Of a stretch of DNA of 64,000 nt, positions 32,213 through 44,299 are shown in pieces (the stretch's first letter is position 1; the number at the start of each line of letters is the position of its first letter). The stretch covers positions 3,155 to 67,154 of the forward strand of contig JBHHZJ010000005.1 of assembly GCA_046758005.1 (NCBI GenBank), given 5' to 3'. The DNA is from Kiloniellaceae bacterium. Its GTDB lineage: Bacteria; Pseudomonadota; Alphaproteobacteria; Kiloniellales; J153. A model generated the notes under the pieces. It was not told the origin of the DNA and searched no databases. It worked only from the letters and a program-made list of their open reading frames with translations. The translations under genes and the position numbers were made by a program.

Positions 32213-34147
32213 TCATCCGATCCGGCCGAGGAGGTACCATGTGACCAGGCCGACGACGCCGATCAGCATGGCGAAGGCATAGTGGTAGACGTAGCCGGTC
32301 TGCAGGCGGCCGGCTCTGCGCGCGAGGTTGAGGGCCGCCGCCGCGACCCCGTCGGGGCCGACCCCGTCGATCAACGCGCCGTCGCCCGAGCGCCACAGCC
32401 CCGCCCCCAGGTAGTGCGCCGGACGGACGAACACGGCGTCGTACAGCTCGTCGAAGTACCACTTGTTGTACACGAACAGGTACACGGGGCGCACCCGCGC
32501 GACCACCAGGCCGGGCAGGTCGGGACGCAGCACGTACATGACGTAGGCCAGCCCGATTCCGCCCACGCCCATGACGAAGGGCAGGATCTTGACCCAGAAC
32601 GGCACGTGGTGCGCCGCCTCGATCGAATCGTTGGCTTCGAGGACCATGATCGCCCCGCCCCAGAAAGCCTCGCGCCCCTCCCCCACGAAGGCCTCGTAAC
32701 CGACGTACCCGGCGAGCGCCGCACCCGCGGCCAGGGCGAGCAGCGGGATGATCATGACCTTGGGCGCCTCGTGGACGTGCGCCATCACCTCGGGCTCGGC
32801 GCGCGGCGCGCCGTGGAAGGTCAGGAACAGGAGACGCCAGGAATAGAAGGCGGTCATGAACGCCGCCGCCACGCCCAACCAGAACGCGAACTGCCCCGGC
32901 CCGGTGTCGGCGGCGTAGGCGGATTCCAGGATGATGTCCTTGGAGAAGTACCCGGCGAACGGCGGAATGCCGGCCAGCGCCAGCGAGCCAACCCACATGA
33001 CCGCGTAGGTGATCGGCACCATGCGCCAGATCCCGCCCATCTTGCGCATGTCCTGCTCGTCGGAAAAGGCGTGGATGACCGCGCCCGCGCCAAGGAACAG
33101 CAGGGCCTTGAAGAAGGCGTGGGTCATGAGGTGGAAGATCGCCGCGCCGTAGGCGGACACGCCCGCGGCGAAGAACATGTAGCCGAGCTGCGAGCAGGTC
33201 GAGTAGGCGATCACCCGCTTGATGTCGAACTGGGTCAGTCCGACGGTGGCGGCGAAGAAGGCGGTCCCCGCGCCGATATAGGTCACAAGGTCGAGAGCAA
33301 CGGGGGCGTACTCGAACATCGGCGACAGGCGCACGACCATGAACACGCCCGCGGTCACCATGGTCGCCGCGTGGATCAGGGCCGAGACCGGCGTCGGCCC
33401 CTCCATCGCGTCGGGCAGCCAGGTGTGCAGGAACAACTGCGCCGACTTGCCCATGGCGCCGATGAACAGCAGGATGCAAATGATGGTGAGCGCGTGCCCC
33501 TCGATGCCGATGAATTCGAAGGTCTGGTCCGCCATGCCCGGCACCGCGGCGAAGACCTGGTCGAAGCCGACCGCGCCGAACAGGAAGAAGGTCCCCACGA
33601 TGCCGAGCGCGAAGCCGGTGTCGCCGACCCGGTTGACCAGGAACGCCTTGATCGCCGCGGCGCAGGCGCTCGGCCGCACGTACCAGAAGCCGATCAACAG
33701 GTAGGACGCCAAGCCCACGCCCTCCCAGCCGAAGTACAGCTGGACGAAATTGTCGGCGCTGACCAGCGCGAGCATGAAAAAGGTGAACAGGCTCAGATAC
33801 GAGAAGAAGCGCGGAATCGACTTGTCGTGCGCCATGTAGCCGATCGAGTAGACGTGGATCAGCCCCGAGACGACGGTCACGACCAGCAGCATCACCGCGC
33901 TCAGGGTGTCGAGCTTGATCGCCCATGACAGCTCGAACTGGCCGGAATCGATCCAGGTGAACAGCTCGGTGACCCGCTCGTTGCCGTCGATCGCCACGTC
34001 CTTGAAGACCATGATCGACAGCACCGCCGAAATCCCGAGCAGGCCGCAGGTGACGAGCTGCGCCCCGCGGTCGCCGATGACGCGCCCGAACAGGCCGGCG
34101 ATGGCCGAGCCCAAGAGCGGCAGCAGAACGATCAAGGATTCGATCAC
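32213..34147 (-). CDS. nuoL: NADH-quinone oxidoreductase subunit L
   Basis: 644-aa antiporter-like ORF (…[27 protein letters not shown]…) with a C-terminal lateral-helix region. Confidence 0.95.
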   Translation of the reverse strand: MIESLIVLLPLLGSAIAGLFGRVIGDRGAQLVTCGLLGISAVLSIMVFKDVAIDGNERVTELFTWIDSGQFELSWAIKLDTLSAVMLLVVTVVSGLIHVYSIGYMAHDKSIPRFFSYLSLFTFFMLALVSADNFVQLYFGWEGVGLASYLLIGFWYVRPSACAAAIKAFLVNRVGDTGFALGIVGTFFLFGAVGFDQVFAAVPGMADQTFEFIGIEGHALTIICILLFIGAMGKSAQLFLHTWLPDAMEGPTPVSALIHAATMVTAGVFMVVRLSPMFEYAPVALDLVTYIGAGTAFFAATVGLTQFDIKRVIAYSTCSQLGYMFFAAGVSAYGAAIFHLMTHAFFKALLFLGAGAVIHAFSDEQDMRKMGGIWRMVPITYAVMWVGSLALAGIPPFAGYFSKDIILESAYAADTGPGQFAFWLGVAAAFMTAFYSWRLLFLTFHGAPRAEPEVMAHVHEAPKVMIIPLLALAAGAALAGYVGYEAFVGEGREAFWGGAIMVLEANDSIEAAHHVPFWVKILPFVMGVGGIGLAYVMYVLRPDLPGLVVARVRPVYLFVYNKWYFDELYDAVFVRPAHYLGAGLWRSGDGALIDGVGPDGVAAAALNLARRAGRLQTGYVYHYAFAMLIGVVGLVTWYLLGRIG

Positions 34148-34152
34148 GGGGC

Positions 34153-34464
34153 TCAGCCCTTCATCAGGTTGATGTCCTCGACCGCGATCGAGCCGCGGTT
34201 GCGGAAGTAGACGACCAGGATGGCCAGTCCGATCGCGGCCTCGGCGGCGGCGACGGTGAGCACGAACATGGCGAAGACCTGGCCGACCAAGTCCTGCAAG
34301 TGGGCCGAGAACGCGACCAGGTTGATGTTGACCGCGAGCAGCATCAGCTCGATCGACATCAGGATGACGATGACGTTCTTCCGGTTGAGGAAGATGCCGA
34401 AGATGCCGAGCGTGAACAGGATCGCGGCGACCGTCAGGTAATGGGCGAGACCGATCTCGAGCAT
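34153..34464 (-). CDS. nuoK: NADH-quinone oxidoreductase subunit K
   Basis: 103-aa, three-TM ORF with the conserved ...[13 protein letters not shown]... region. Confidence 0.95.
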   Translation of the reverse strand: MLEIGLAHYLTVAAILFTLGIFGIFLNRKNVIVILMSIELMLLAVNINLVAFSAHLQDLVGQVFAMFVLTVAAAEAAIGLAILVVYFRNRGSIAVEDINLMKG

Positions 34465-34467
34465 GGC

Positions 34468-35082
34468 TTACACGCCGCTGCGGCTGGGAACCTTCTTGAC
34501 CTCGATCGCCTGCTCCCGGCGCAACGACACCTGGGCGCCGATCGATTGCCGGCGCACGTCCACCCGCTGGCGCAGGGTGAGCACGATGGCGCCGATCATG
34601 GCGACCAGCAGGACCAGGCCGGCGGCCTGGAACAGGTAGATGTACCTGGTGTAGAGCACTTCGCCCAGCGCGGCCGTGTTGGCCTGCTGCTCGGGCGGCA
34701 AGATCGGCACGCTGGCCGCCGCGCCCGCCTCCGGGGCGGCGATCGATGCGCCGAGCACGAGGGTCAGCTCGACGAGCAGGATCAGGCCGATCAGGCCACC
34801 GATCGGGAGATACTGCAGGAAGCCCTGGCGCAGCTCGACGATGTCGACGTCCAGCATCATGACGACGAACAGGAACAGCACCGCCACGGCCCCGACGTAG
34901 ACCACGACCAGGATCATGGCCAGGAACTCCGCCCCCATGAGCACGAAGAGCCCGGCCGAGTTGAAGAAGGCGAGGATCAGGAACAGCACCGAATGCACGG
35001 GGTTGCGCGCCGAAATCACCATCACCCCGGCGGCGACCGCGACCGCCGCGAAGAGATAGAAGGCCAGCGCCTGGACGATCAT
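34468..35082 (-). CDS. nuoJ: NADH-quinone oxidoreductase subunit J
   Basis: 204-aa membrane ORF in the canonical position. Confidence 0.92.
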   Translation of the reverse strand: MIVQALAFYLFAAVAVAAGVMVISARNPVHSVLFLILAFFNSAGLFVLMGAEFLAMILVVVYVGAVAVLFLFVVMMLDVDIVELRQGFLQYLPIGGLIGLILLVELTLVLGASIAAPEAGAAASVPILPPEQQANTAALGEVLYTRYIYLFQAAGLVLLVAMIGAIVLTLRQRVDVRRQSIGAQVSLRREQAIEVKKVPSRSGV

Positions 35083-35286
35083 CCCCGATCCCCTTCCCGA
35101 ACGGCGGACCCAGCGCGCCGGCGCCGTCCTTCAGCCACCCGAGGCGCGGCGCTCATCCCTGTCCGAGCTCGGACGAGGACCCCGCGTCGCACCGGTCGAA
35201 CCGCGAGGCCCAGCCGCGGCCGCTGCAAGATATCCGAATCCCGTCAGTCCTGCCCCCAACCCCGAGCCGTTCCGCGGCGGCGCCAC

Positions 35287-35775
35287 CTATCGGTACGGCG
35301 CGTCCATCGCCAGGTTGGCGGCGATTTCGGCCTCCCAGCGATCGCCGTTCGCCAGCAGCTTCTCCTTGTCGTAGAACAGCTCCTCGTGGGTCTCGGTGGC
35401 GAACTCGAAGTTCGGCCCCTCGACGATCGCGTCGACCGGACACGCCTCCTGGCAGAAGCCGCAGTAGATGCATTTGGTCATGTCGATGTCGTAGCGGGTC
35501 GTGCGCCGGCTGCCGTCCGCGCGCGGCTCCGCCTCGATCGTGATGGCGAGCGCCGGGCAGATCGCCTCGCACAGCTTGCAGGCGATGCAGCGCTCCTCCC
35601 CGTTCGGATAACGGCGCAGGGCGTGCTCGCCGCGGAAGCGCGGCGACAGCGGGCCCTTCTCGTACGGGTAGTTGAGCGTGACCTTGGGCTTGAAGAAATA
35701 GCGCAGCGTCAGGCCGAGGCCGCTCAGCAGCTCGCCGAGCAACAAGGTGCGCGCGCCGCGATCCATGATTCCCAT
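35287..35775 (-). CDS. nuoI: NADH-quinone oxidoreductase subunit I
   Basis: 162-aa ORF with two 4Fe-4S ferredoxin motifs, [12 protein letters not shown] and [12 protein letters not shown]. Confidence 0.96.
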   Translation of the reverse strand: MGIMDRGARTLLLGELLSGLGLTLRYFFKPKVTLNYPYEKGPLSPRFRGEHALRRYPNGEERCIACKLCEAICPALAITIEAEPRADGSRRTTRYDIDMTKCIYCGFCQEACPVDAIVEGPNFEFATETHEELFYDKEKLLANGDRWEAEIAANLAMDAPYR

Positions 35776-35885
35776 TAATTACCAACTCCTTAGCCGCATG
35801 CGGCCCGTCCCCGCCCGGCCCGTCGCCACCCGGAATTCGGCGCCTAAGATAGCGGCCGCCGCGCGCTTGGCAAGGCCCGCGCCGC

Positions 35886-36899
35886 TCATCGCGCCGGCAA
35901 CAGATCGAAGGTGATCACCACCCCCGCCGTCAGCACCACCCAGAACAGGGACAGCGGCAGGAACACCTTCCAGCCCAGGCGCATGAGCTGGTCGTAGCGG
36001 TAGCGCGGGAAGGTCGCCCGCACCCACAGGAAACAGAACAGGACCAGCGCGACCTTGCCGGCGAACCAGACCGGCCCGGGGATCCAGTTGAACGGCGCCA
36101 CGTCGAACAGCGGCAGCCATCCGCCCAGGAACAGGATGGTCGTCATCGCGCTCATCAGGATCATGTTGGCGTATTCGCCAAGGAAGAAGAGCGCAAAGGT
36201 GAACGACGAGTACTCGAGGAAGAACCCGGCCACCAGCTCCGACTCCCCTTCCGGCAGGTCGAAAGGCGAACGGTTGGTCTCGGCCAGGGTCGAGACGAAG
36301 AACACCACGAACATCGGCAGCAGCGGCACAGCGAACCAAAGCCCCTTCTGCGCCAGCACGATGTCGCTCAGGCGCAGCGAGCCGACGCACACGAGCACCG
36401 TGATGATCACGAAGCCCATCGAGACCTCGTAGGAGACCATCTGCGCCGCCGAGCGCAACGCGCCCAGGAACGGGTACTTCGAGTTCGAGGCCCACCCGGC
36501 CATGATCACGCCGTAGACGCCGAGCGAGGAAATGGCGAACAGGTACAGGATGCCAACGTTGATGTCGGACAGCACGATGCCTTCGCCGAACGGGATCACG
36601 GCCCAGCCGATCAGGCTCAAAATGAAGGTCAGCATCGGCGCGGCGACGAACACGACGCGGTTCGCCCCGGCCGGCAGGATCGTTTCCTTGAACAGCAGTT
36701 TGACGGCATCGGCGATGGGCTGCAGCAGGCCGAAGGGTCCGACCACGTTCGGCCCCTTGCGCAGCTGCATGGCGGCGATGACCTTGCGCTCGGCGTAGGT
36801 CAAGTAGGCGACCGAGAGCAGCAGCGGCACCATGATCGCGACGATCTGCGCGACGATAACGACCGTCGGCCAGGCGTAGACGTTCCAGATGTCAACCAT
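35886..36899 (-). CDS. nuoH: NADH-quinone oxidoreductase subunit H
   Basis: 337-aa membrane ORF with [26 protein letters not shown]. 8-nt overlap with the nuoG stop. Confidence 0.96.
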   Translation of the reverse strand: MVDIWNVYAWPTVVIVAQIVAIMVPLLLSVAYLTYAERKVIAAMQLRKGPNVVGPFGLLQPIADAVKLLFKETILPAGANRVVFVAAPMLTFILSLIGWAVIPFGEGIVLSDINVGILYLFAISSLGVYGVIMAGWASNSKYPFLGALRSAAQMVSYEVSMGFVIITVLVCVGSLRLSDIVLAQKGLWFAVPLLPMFVVFFVSTLAETNRSPFDLPEGESELVAGFFLEYSSFTFALFFLGEYANMILMSAMTTILFLGGWLPLFDVAPFNWIPGPVWFAGKVALVLFCFLWVRATFPRYRYDQLMRLGWKVFLPLSLFWVVLTAGVVITFDLLPAR

Positions 36900-38970
36900 G
36901 GGTTCCGGTCGCCTTGGCTTGCCGGCCGCGCACGAACGCCTCGGTGCACCGCGCCATGGTTTCCGAGGCCCGACTGATCGGATCGGTCATGTAATAGTTC
37001 TCGACGGCGGTCCCGAACGGAGCCGGATCGAGGGCCCCGGCCGCGCCGAACGCGCCCCACGGTGCCGGCTCGATCTGGTCGATCGCGGCGAACAGCGGGT
37101 TCGCCTCGATCAGGCGCTGGCGCACCTCGCCCAGGTTGTCGTATGGCAATCGGGTTCCGATGAACTCCGACAGCGCGCGCAGGATGGTCCAGTCCTCCCG
37201 CGCTTCCCCGGGGGGGAAGGCGGCCCGGCGACCAAGCTGCACCCGCCCCTCGGTGTTCGTGTAGGTGCCGTTCTTCTCCGTATAGGCCGCGCCGGGCAGG
37301 ATCACGTCCGCTCGGTGCGCGCCGGCGTCGCCGTGGTGGCCCTGGTAGATCACGAACGCGCCCTGCTCGGCATTGGGGCCGAGCCTGGCCATGTCGATCT
37401 CGTCGGCGCCGAGCAGAAACACGACCTCGATCTCGCCGCGCGAGGCGCCCTCCAGGATGGCGGCGGTGTCGCGCCCGCCCGCGCCCGGTACGAATCCCAG
37501 GTCCAGGGCGGCCACCCGCGCCGCCGCGGTGTGCAACACGTTGAAGCCGTTCCAGTCGCCGCGCACCATGCCGAAACGCTCGGCGGCCTGCCGGGCCAGA
37601 TGCAGGATCGCGGCGCCATCCGCCCGGGCGAGCGCGGCCATGCCGAGCACGATCATCGGCGGCTCGGCGGCGGTCAGGACCTCGGCGAAGGCGCCCCTGC
37701 CCTCGGCGATCTCGCCCAGCGTCTCGGGTCCCGCGCCCAGGCGCTCGACCGGGTAGGTCAGGTCGCAGGGGGCGCCTATCAGGCCGACGTTGAAGCCGCC
37801 CATGAGAAAGCGCTTGCGCAGGCGCGCGTTGACGAGCGGCGCCTCCCAGCGCGGGTTGGTCCCGACCAGAAGGGCCGCGTCGGCTTGCTCGATCCCGGCG
37901 ATCGTGGTGTTGAACAGGTAGCCGGCGCGCGCCCGGGGGTCGAGCTTGGCGCCGTCCTGCCGACAATCCAGATTCGGCGAGCCGAGCCTGGCCATGAGGT
38001 CCTTGAGCGCGAGCATGGATTCCGCGTCGCACAGGTCGCCGGCCAGCGCCGCGATCTTGCCGCCCTCGAGTCCCTGGAGGCGAGCGGTGATCGCGTTGAA
38101 CGCCTCCTCCCAGGTCGCCTCCTGTAGCCTGCCGTCCCTGCGCACGTAAGGCCGGTCGAGGCGCTGCCGGCCCAGGCCGTCGCAGGCGTAGCGGGTCTTG
38201 TCGGCGATCCACTCCTCGTTGATGTCCTCGTGCAGGCGCGGCAGGATGCGCATTACCTCCCGGCCGCGCGTGTCGACCCGAATGTTGGAGCCGACCGCGT
38301 CGAGCGCGTCGATCGAATAGGTCTTGCCCAGTTCCCACGGGCGGGCGGTGAAGGCGTACGGCCGGGAGGTCAGCGCCCCGACCGGGCAGACGTCGACCAA
38401 GTTGCCCGACAGCTCGGAGTTGATTGCCTGCTCGAGCGTGCTGATCTCCATGTGCTCGCCGCGGCCGAGCGCCCCGATCTCCTCCACACCGCCGATCTCG
38501 GTGGCGAAGCGGATGCAGCGCGTGCAGTGGATGCACCGGGTCATGATCGTCTTGATCAGCGGCCCCATGTACTTTTCCGGCACCGCGCGCTTGTTTTCCT
38601 CGAAGCGGCTGCGGTCGAAGCCATAGGCCATCGCCTGGTCCTGCAAGTCGCATTCGCCGCCCTGGTCGCAGATCGGGCAATCCAGCGGATGGTTGATCAG
38701 CAGGAACTCCATCACGCCCTTGCGGGCCTTCTCCACCATGGGCGTGTCGGTGCGGATCACCATGCCCTCGCCGGCCGGCATGGCGCAGGAGGCGATCGGT
38801 TTCGGCGAGCGCTCCATTTCGACCAGGCACATGCGACAGTTGCCGGCGACCGACAGCCGCTCGTGATAGCAGAAGCGCGGAATCTCGATGCCGGCCAACT
38901 CGCAAGCCTGAAGGATGGTCAGGCCGGCCGGGACCTCGATCTCCCTGCCGTCGATGGTCAGCTTCGGCAT
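36892..38970 (-). CDS. nuoG: NADH-quinone oxidoreductase subunit G
   Basis: 692-aa ORF. N-terminal 2Fe-2S/4Fe-4S cysteine clusters ([31 protein letters not shown]) and a molybdopterin-like domain. Confidence 0.96.
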   Translation of the reverse strand: MPKLTIDGREIEVPAGLTILQACELAGIEIPRFCYHERLSVAGNCRMCLVEMERSPKPIASCAMPAGEGMVIRTDTPMVEKARKGVMEFLLINHPLDCPICDQGGECDLQDQAMAYGFDRSRFEENKRAVPEKYMGPLIKTIMTRCIHCTRCIRFATEIGGVEEIGALGRGEHMEISTLEQAINSELSGNLVDVCPVGALTSRPYAFTARPWELGKTYSIDALDAVGSNIRVDTRGREVMRILPRLHEDINEEWIADKTRYACDGLGRQRLDRPYVRRDGRLQEATWEEAFNAITARLQGLEGGKIAALAGDLCDAESMLALKDLMARLGSPNLDCRQDGAKLDPRARAGYLFNTTIAGIEQADAALLVGTNPRWEAPLVNARLRKRFLMGGFNVGLIGAPCDLTYPVERLGAGPETLGEIAEGRGAFAEVLTAAEPPMIVLGMAALARADGAAILHLARQAAERFGMVRGDWNGFNVLHTAAARVAALDLGFVPGAGGRDTAAILEGASRGEIEVVFLLGADEIDMARLGPNAEQGAFVIYQGHHGDAGAHRADVILPGAAYTEKNGTYTNTEGRVQLGRRAAFPPGEAREDWTILRALSEFIGTRLPYDNLGEVRQRLIEANPLFAAIDQIEPAPWGAFGAAGALDPAPFGTAVENYYMTDPISRASETMARCTEAFVRGRQAKATGTHG

Positions 38971-38979
38971 CGCGTCGTC

Positions 38980-40269
38980 CTACTCCGCCGCCTTCGGGAT
39001 CGTCTTCTTGTACTCGAGGATCCGTCGCTCCAGCTCGGGCCGGAAATGCCGGATCAGGCCCTGGATAGGCCACGCCGCGGCGTCGCCGAGCGCGCAGATC
39101 GTGTGCCCTTCGACCTCGTAGGTCACGTCGAGCAGCATGTCGATCTCCGCGACGTCGGCCTGGCCGCGCACGAGCCGGTTCATGACCCGCCACATCCAGC
39201 CCGTGCCCTCGCGGCACGGCGTGCACTGACCGCAGCTCTCGTGCATGTAAAAGTGCGACAGGTTGGCGATGGCGGCCACGATGTCGGTCGATTTGTCCAT
39301 GACGATGACCGCCGCCGTGCCCAGGCCGGACTTGACCTCGCGCAGGGAGTCGAAGTCCATCAGCACCGTGTCGCAGATCGACTTCGGAATGAGCGGCACC
39401 GACGAGCCGCCCGGGATCACCGCGAGCAGGTTGTCCCACCCGCCGCGCACGCCGCCGGCGTGGATCTCGATCAGCTCGCGCAGCGGGATGCCCATCTCCT
39501 CCTCGACGTTGCACGGCGTGTTGACGTGGCCGGAGATGCTGAAAATCTTGGTCCCGGTGTTCTTCGGCCGGCCGAGCCCGGTCCACCAGTCGACGCCGCG
39601 CCGCAGGATCTCCGGCACGACCGCAATCGTCTCGACGTTGTTGACCGTGGTGGGACAGCCGTACAGGCCGACCGCGGCGGGGAACGGCGGCTTGAGGCGC
39701 GGCTGGCCCTTCTTGCCCTCCAGGCTTTCCAGCAGCGCGGTCTCCTCGCCGCAGATGTAGGCGCCGGCGCCGCGGTGCACGTAGATGTCGTAGACCCAGT
39801 CGGACCCGCACGCGTTTTTGCCAAGCAGGCCCGCCTCGCAGGCCTCGTCGACGGCGGCCTGCAGCCGCTCGGCCTCGCGGAAGAACTCGCCGCGGATATA
39901 GATGTAGCAGGTGTGCGCGCCCATCGCGAACCCGGCGACCAGGCAGCCCTCGAGCAACCGGTGCGGGTCGTTGCGCATGATCTCCCGGTCCTTGCAGGTC
40001 CCGGGCTCGGACTCGTCGGCGTTGACCACGAGATAGTGCGGCCGGGTGTCGCTCTCCTTGGGCATGAACGACCATTTGAGGCCGGCCGGAAAGCCGGCGC
40101 CGCCGCGCCCGCGCAGCTCGGAATCCTTGACCATCTGCACGATCTGCTCGCGGCCGAGCTCGAGCAGCTTCTTGGTGCCGTCCCACGCGCCGCGCCGCAG
40201 CGCGCCCTGGAGGCGCCAATCTTCGAGACCGTAGAGGTTGGTGAAGACGCGGTCCCGGTCGTGCAGCAT
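38980..40269 (-). CDS. nuoF: NADH-quinone oxidoreductase subunit F
   Basis: 429-aa ORF. FMN/NADH site [10 protein letters not shown]...[19 protein letters not shown], and a 4Fe-4S motif [12 protein letters not shown]. Confidence 0.97.
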   Translation of the reverse strand: MLHDRDRVFTNLYGLEDWRLQGALRRGAWDGTKKLLELGREQIVQMVKDSELRGRGGAGFPAGLKWSFMPKESDTRPHYLVVNADESEPGTCKDREIMRNDPHRLLEGCLVAGFAMGAHTCYIYIRGEFFREAERLQAAVDEACEAGLLGKNACGSDWVYDIYVHRGAGAYICGEETALLESLEGKKGQPRLKPPFPAAVGLYGCPTTVNNVETIAVVPEILRRGVDWWTGLGRPKNTGTKIFSISGHVNTPCNVEEEMGIPLRELIEIHAGGVRGGWDNLLAVIPGGSSVPLIPKSICDTVLMDFDSLREVKSGLGTAAVIVMDKSTDIVAAIANLSHFYMHESCGQCTPCREGTGWMWRVMNRLVRGQADVAEIDMLLDVTYEVEGHTICALGDAAAWPIQGLIRHFRPELERRILEYKKTIPKAAE

Positions 40270-40905
40270 TCAGTCCGCGCCCCCCGCGCCGCCCGGCGCG
40301 AGCGCCGGCACTTCCCTCAGCGTCGTCGGGCCGCCCTCCGGGGCCGAGCACCGCCGCCCGGTCTGCGGGCCCGCCGGCACGTCCTTGCCGGCCCTCAGTT
40401 CGTCGATGATCTCCGTCATGCGCCGCGGCGTAAGGTCCTCGTAGTAGTCGTCGTTGATCTGCACCATGGGCGCGTTGGCGCAGGCGCCCAGGCATTCAAC
40501 CTCGACCACGGTGAACAGGCCGTCTGCGGTATTCTCGCCCAGGCCGACGCCGAAGCGTTCGCAACATGTGCGCGTCAACTCGGCGGCGCCGCGCAGCCAG
40601 CACGGCGTGGTCCGGCATACCTGGATCAGGTATTTGCCGACCGGCTTCAGGTTGAACATGGTGTAAAAGCTGGCGACCTCGTGCACGCGGATCGGCGCCA
40701 GATCCAGGACGTTGGCCACGTATTCGATCGCTTCCCCGGGCAGCCATCCGCCGTTTTGGCGCTGTGCGAGGTCGAGCAGGGCGACGACCGCGCTGGCCTG
40801 GCGGCCCTGCGGGTAGCGGGCGATGAGCGCCTTGGCCCGCTCCATATTCTCCGGCGTGAAGGCGAAGTCTCCCGCCTCGCCCGCGCGGTAGCTGGTCACC
40901 TTCAT
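40270..40905 (-). CDS. nuoE: NADH-quinone oxidoreductase subunit E
   Basis: 211 aa from ATG 40905, which overlaps the nuoD stop (ATGA). 2Fe-2S motifs [10 protein letters not shown] and CLGACANAP. Pro/Gly-rich C-terminal tail. Confidence 0.94.
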   Translation of the reverse strand: MKVTSYRAGEAGDFAFTPENMERAKALIARYPQGRQASAVVALLDLAQRQNGGWLPGEAIEYVANVLDLAPIRVHEVASFYTMFNLKPVGKYLIQVCRTTPCWLRGAAELTRTCCERFGVGLGENTADGLFTVVEVECLGACANAPMVQINDDYYEDLTPRRMTEIIDELRAGKDVPAGPQTGRRCSAPEGGPTTLREVPALAPGGAGGAD

Positions 40906-42080
40906 CGGTCGACCTCGCCGAACACGACGTCCATCGAGCCCAGGATCGCCACGCTGTCGGCCAGCATGTGCCCCCGGCACATGAAGTCCATGGCCGAAAG
41001 AAACGCGAAGCTCGGCGCGCGGATCTTGCAGCGGTAGGGCCGGTTGGCGCCGTCGGAAACGAGGAAGACCGCGAACTCGCCCTTGGGCGCCTCGACCGCC
41101 GTATAGGTCTCGCCGGGCGGTACGTGGTAGCCCTCGGTGTAAAGCTTGAAGTGGTGGATGAGGGCCTCCATCGAGCGTTTCATCTCGGCCCGTTTCGGCG
41201 GGGTCACCTTGTGGTCTTGCACCATGACGGGCCCGTCCGGCATCTTCTCGACGCACTGGCGCATGATACGCACGCTCTGGCGCATTTCCTCGATGCGCAC
41301 GAGATAGCGATCGAAGCAATCCCCCTTCTTGCCAACGGGAATGTCGAACTCGAGGTCCTCGTAAACCTCGTAGGGCTGCGCCTTGCGCAGGTCCCAGGGC
41401 ACGCCGGAGGCGCGCAGCATCGGGCCGCTGAAACCCCAGTCGAGAGCGTCCGCGGCGCTGACGGCGCCGATGTCCACGCACCGCTGCCGAAAAATCCGAT
41501 TGTCGGTCAGCAGCGTTTCGCAGTCGTCCACCATGTTCGGGAAGGTGTCACAGAACACCGCGATGTCATCGAGCAGGCCCGCCGGGAGATCCTGGTGCAC
41601 TCCGCCGGGCCGGAAGTAGGCGGCGTGCATGCGCGCCCCGGAAGCCCGCTCGTAAAATTCCATCAGCTTCTCGCGCTCCTCGAAGCCCCAGAGCATGGGC
41701 GTCATGGCGCCGATGTCGAGGGCGAAGGTGCAGATATTCAGCAGATGGTTCAGAATCCGGCTGATCTCGCTGTACAGGACGCGGATGTACTGGGCGCGCG
41801 GCGGGACCTCGATGCCGAGCAGCTTCTCGACGGCCAGAGCGAAGGCGTGCTCCTGGTTCATCGGCGCGACGTAGTCGAGCCGGTCGAAGTACGGCACCGC
41901 CTGGAGGTACGTCTTGTACTCGATCAGCTTCTCGGTGCCCCGGTGCAGCAGGCCGATATGCGGGTCGGCGCGCTCGATGACCTCGCCGTCCATCTCCAGC
42001 ACCAGCCGCAGCACGCCGTGCGCGGCCGGATGCTGAGGCCCGAAATTGAGGGTCAGCGGCTTGATCTCCACCTCGGCCAT
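40902..42080 (-). CDS. nuoD: NADH-quinone oxidoreductase subunit D
   Basis: 392 aa from ATG 42080 ([26 protein letters not shown]). 1-nt TGATG overlap with the nuoC stop. Confidence 0.96.
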   Translation of the reverse strand: MAEVEIKPLTLNFGPQHPAAHGVLRLVLEMDGEVIERADPHIGLLHRGTEKLIEYKTYLQAVPYFDRLDYVAPMNQEHAFALAVEKLLGIEVPPRAQYIRVLYSEISRILNHLLNICTFALDIGAMTPMLWGFEEREKLMEFYERASGARMHAAYFRPGGVHQDLPAGLLDDIAVFCDTFPNMVDDCETLLTDNRIFRQRCVDIGAVSAADALDWGFSGPMLRASGVPWDLRKAQPYEVYEDLEFDIPVGKKGDCFDRYLVRIEEMRQSVRIMRQCVEKMPDGPVMVQDHKVTPPKRAEMKRSMEALIHHFKLYTEGYHVPPGETYTAVEAPKGEFAVFLVSDGANRPYRCKIRAPSFAFLSAMDFMCRGHMLADSVAILGSMDVVFGEVDR

Positions 42081-42721
42081 CAGACCTTGCCCTCCTCGCC
42101 CTCCTCGCCCTGCGCGGTCGCGCCGTCGCCGGCCTTTTCGTCCCCGGGCAGATGCAGCATGCCCTCCCAGGGGCTGACGAAATCGAAGTAGCGGAACTCC
42201 TGGGTCAGTTTCACCGGCTCGTAGACGACGCGCTTCTGGTCCTCGTCGTAACGCACCTCGACGTAGCCGGTCAGCGGGAAGTCCTTGCGCAGGGGATGGC
42301 CCTCGAAGCCGTAGTCGGTCAGGATACGGCGCAGGTCCGGATGATCCGAGAAGAACACCCCGAACAGGTCCCAAACCTCGCGCTCGAACCAGTTGGCCGA
42401 TCGGAATACCGCCGTCACCGACGGCACCGGTGTCGCCTCGTCGATCGCCAGTTTGACCCGGATGCGCTGGTTGTACTTGACCGAGAGCAGGTTGTACACG
42501 ACCTCGAAGCGCTCCTCACGGTCCGGGTAGTCGACGGCGGTCACGTCCATAAGCTGCTTGAACTGGCAGTTCTGGTCGTCGCGCAAGAAGGTCAACGTCT
42601 TGACGATCGCCTCGCGCTTGGCGCGCACGACCAGCTCGTCGCGGGCAAGCTCCGCACCGAGCACCTCCTCGGGGAGCGCCGCGGCGATGTACTCGCCGAA
42701 GTCTCGCAGGGCTTCGTTCAT
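42080..42721 (-). CDS. nuoC: NADH-quinone oxidoreductase subunit C
   Basis: ORF 42080..42754 trimmed to ATG 42721 ([12 protein letters not shown]...). Contains [16 protein letters not shown]. Acidic C-terminal tail. Confidence 0.94.
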   Translation of the reverse strand: MNEALRDFGEYIAAALPEEVLGAELARDELVVRAKREAIVKTLTFLRDDQNCQFKQLMDVTAVDYPDREERFEVVYNLLSVKYNQRIRVKLAIDEATPVPSVTAVFRSANWFEREVWDLFGVFFSDHPDLRRILTDYGFEGHPLRKDFPLTGYVEVRYDEDQKRVVYEPVKLTQEFRYFDFVSPWEGMLHLPGDEKAGDGATAQGEEGEEGKV

Positions 42722-42758
42722 GCGGCGGCGCCCGATCCGAACATAGCTGGCCAAGCGC

Positions 42759-43313
42759 TCAGCGCACGATGCCGGCGCTGCGCTTGATCTTCTTTTGCAG
42801 TTGCAGGATGCCGTACAGCAGGGCCTCCGCCGTCGGCGGACAACCCGGCACGTAGATGTCCACCGGCACGATGCGGTCGCAGCCGCGCACGACCGAGTAG
42901 GAATAATGGTAATACCCGCCGCCGTTGGCGCAGGATCCCATCGAGATCACCCAGCGCGGCTCGGCCATCTGGTCGTAAACCTTGCGCAGGGCCGGTGCCA
43001 TCTTGTTGGTCAGCGTGCCGGCCACGATCATGACGTCGGACTGGCGCGGGCTGGGGCGGAACACGATGCCGAAGCGATCGAGGTCGTAGCGGCTGCACGC
43101 GGAGTGCATCATCTCGATCGCGCAGCACGCCAGCCCGAAGGTCATCGGCCACAGGGACCCGGTCTGGGCCCACGCGGCCAGCTTGTCCATCTGGGCAACC
43201 AGGAAACCCTTTTCGGAGAGCTCGTCGCTCACGCCTTTCAGGACGGCGTCCTGCCCGGGCACGGGCAGGAGCGGCGCCTGGGCCGTGCTCGTGCCGGGTG
43301 CCTTTACTCCCAT
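42759..43313 (-). CDS. nuoB: NADH-quinone oxidoreductase subunit B
   Basis: ATG 43313 preferred, with an AGGAAGGGGG SD upstream; the listed ORF starts at GTG 43334. Contains [10 protein letters not shown] and the VPGCPP cluster N2 ligands. Overlaps the nuoA stop. Confidence 0.94.
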   Translation of the reverse strand: MGVKAPGTSTAQAPLLPVPGQDAVLKGVSDELSEKGFLVAQMDKLAAWAQTGSLWPMTFGLACCAIEMMHSACSRYDLDRFGIVFRPSPRQSDVMIVAGTLTNKMAPALRKVYDQMAEPRWVISMGSCANGGGYYHYSYSVVRGCDRIVPVDIYVPGCPPTAEALLYGILQLQKKIKRSAGIVR

Positions 43314-43669
43314 TCCAGGGCCCCCTTCCTCCACTCGTAGATGAAGCCGACGGTCAGGACGCCGAGAAAAACCACCATCGACCAGAAACCGAACACACCG
43401 ATGTCGCCGAGCGCCACGGCCCAGGGAAACAGGAACGCCACCTCGAGGTCGAAGATGATGAACAGGATGGCGACCAGGTAGAAGCGAACGTCGAACTTGC
43501 TGCGGGCGGAGTCAAAGGCCTCGAAGCCGCACTCGTAGGCCGAGACCTTCTCCGAGTCCGGACGCTGGCGGGCCACGATGTAGGACGCCGCCACCATGAC
43601 GACGGACAGGCCGATGGCGATTCCGAGAAAGATCAGGATCGGCAGATATTCGGCCAGCAAGGCGTCCAT
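43304..43669 (-). CDS. nuoA: NADH-quinone oxidoreductase subunit A
   Basis: 121 aa from ATG 43669 ([20 protein letters not shown]...YECGF...FDLE). The supplied ORF 43304..43990 has a spurious upstream extension. Confidence 0.94.
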   Translation of the reverse strand: MDALLAEYLPILIFLGIAIGLSVVMVAASYIVARQRPDSEKVSAYECGFEAFDSARSKFDVRFYLVAILFIIFDLEVAFLFPWAVALGDIGVFGFWSMVVFLGVLTVGFIYEWRKGALEWE

Positions 43670-44222
43670 CGTCCTGGTCCCCTGAACTGGGCGCGCGGAG
43701 GTGGCCCGCGGCCTCTGGAATATAGGTACAACCCGGTTTGGAGGAAAGCACCAAACGGCCCGCAGCCGCGCCATTCCCTGATCGGGCACGGCGCTTCGCG
43801 GACCGAGTGGACCGATCCGGAAATTCCATTCGCTCTCCGTCATCCCGGCCAAGCGGCCCCTGGGTCCGGCCTCCGGCCGGCCCGAGGAGAGCCTCCGCCC
43901 CACGAGCCGGAATCCATGTCTCGGCCTGCACCAAGCGGTGTCATGGACTCCGGGTCGTAAGGCGCGCGGAAGGACGAATCCAGATACCAAGCGAACCTCG
44001 AACCCAGGGTACCAGGGCGTCCGTTGGAGGGGCGCTGGTCCGGGCCGGGCCGCGACCGCTCGACGACGCCTGGATCGCGTCTACGCGGCCCACGTTCGAG
44101 AAACGCGCCGGTCCGAAACCATCTTGCGTTCGTCCCAGGCAGGGCCCGACGCGCCCCGCAGGCTCGATCGGCCCTATTTGAAGCCGATCACGGGCCTCGG
44201 CCGCGCGCTGGTCAGGGTCGGA

Positions 44223-44299
<77 letters not shown>

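Noticed and set aside
35079-35156. 25-aa uORF (MSAAPRVAEGRRRRAGSAVREGDRG) whose TGA overlaps the nuoJ ATG.
   Set aside because: It is Arg-rich, has no convincing SD, and cannot be distinguished from chance in GC-rich DNA. It is mentioned only as a possible coupling device.
36800-40495. 1231-aa minus-strand ORF spanning nuoG, nuoF and nuoE in another frame.
   Set aside because: The composition is dominated by Arg/Gly/Pro/Ala. The other frame encodes canonical NuoG, NuoF and NuoE with all their Fe-S and FMN motifs. It is a frame artefact.
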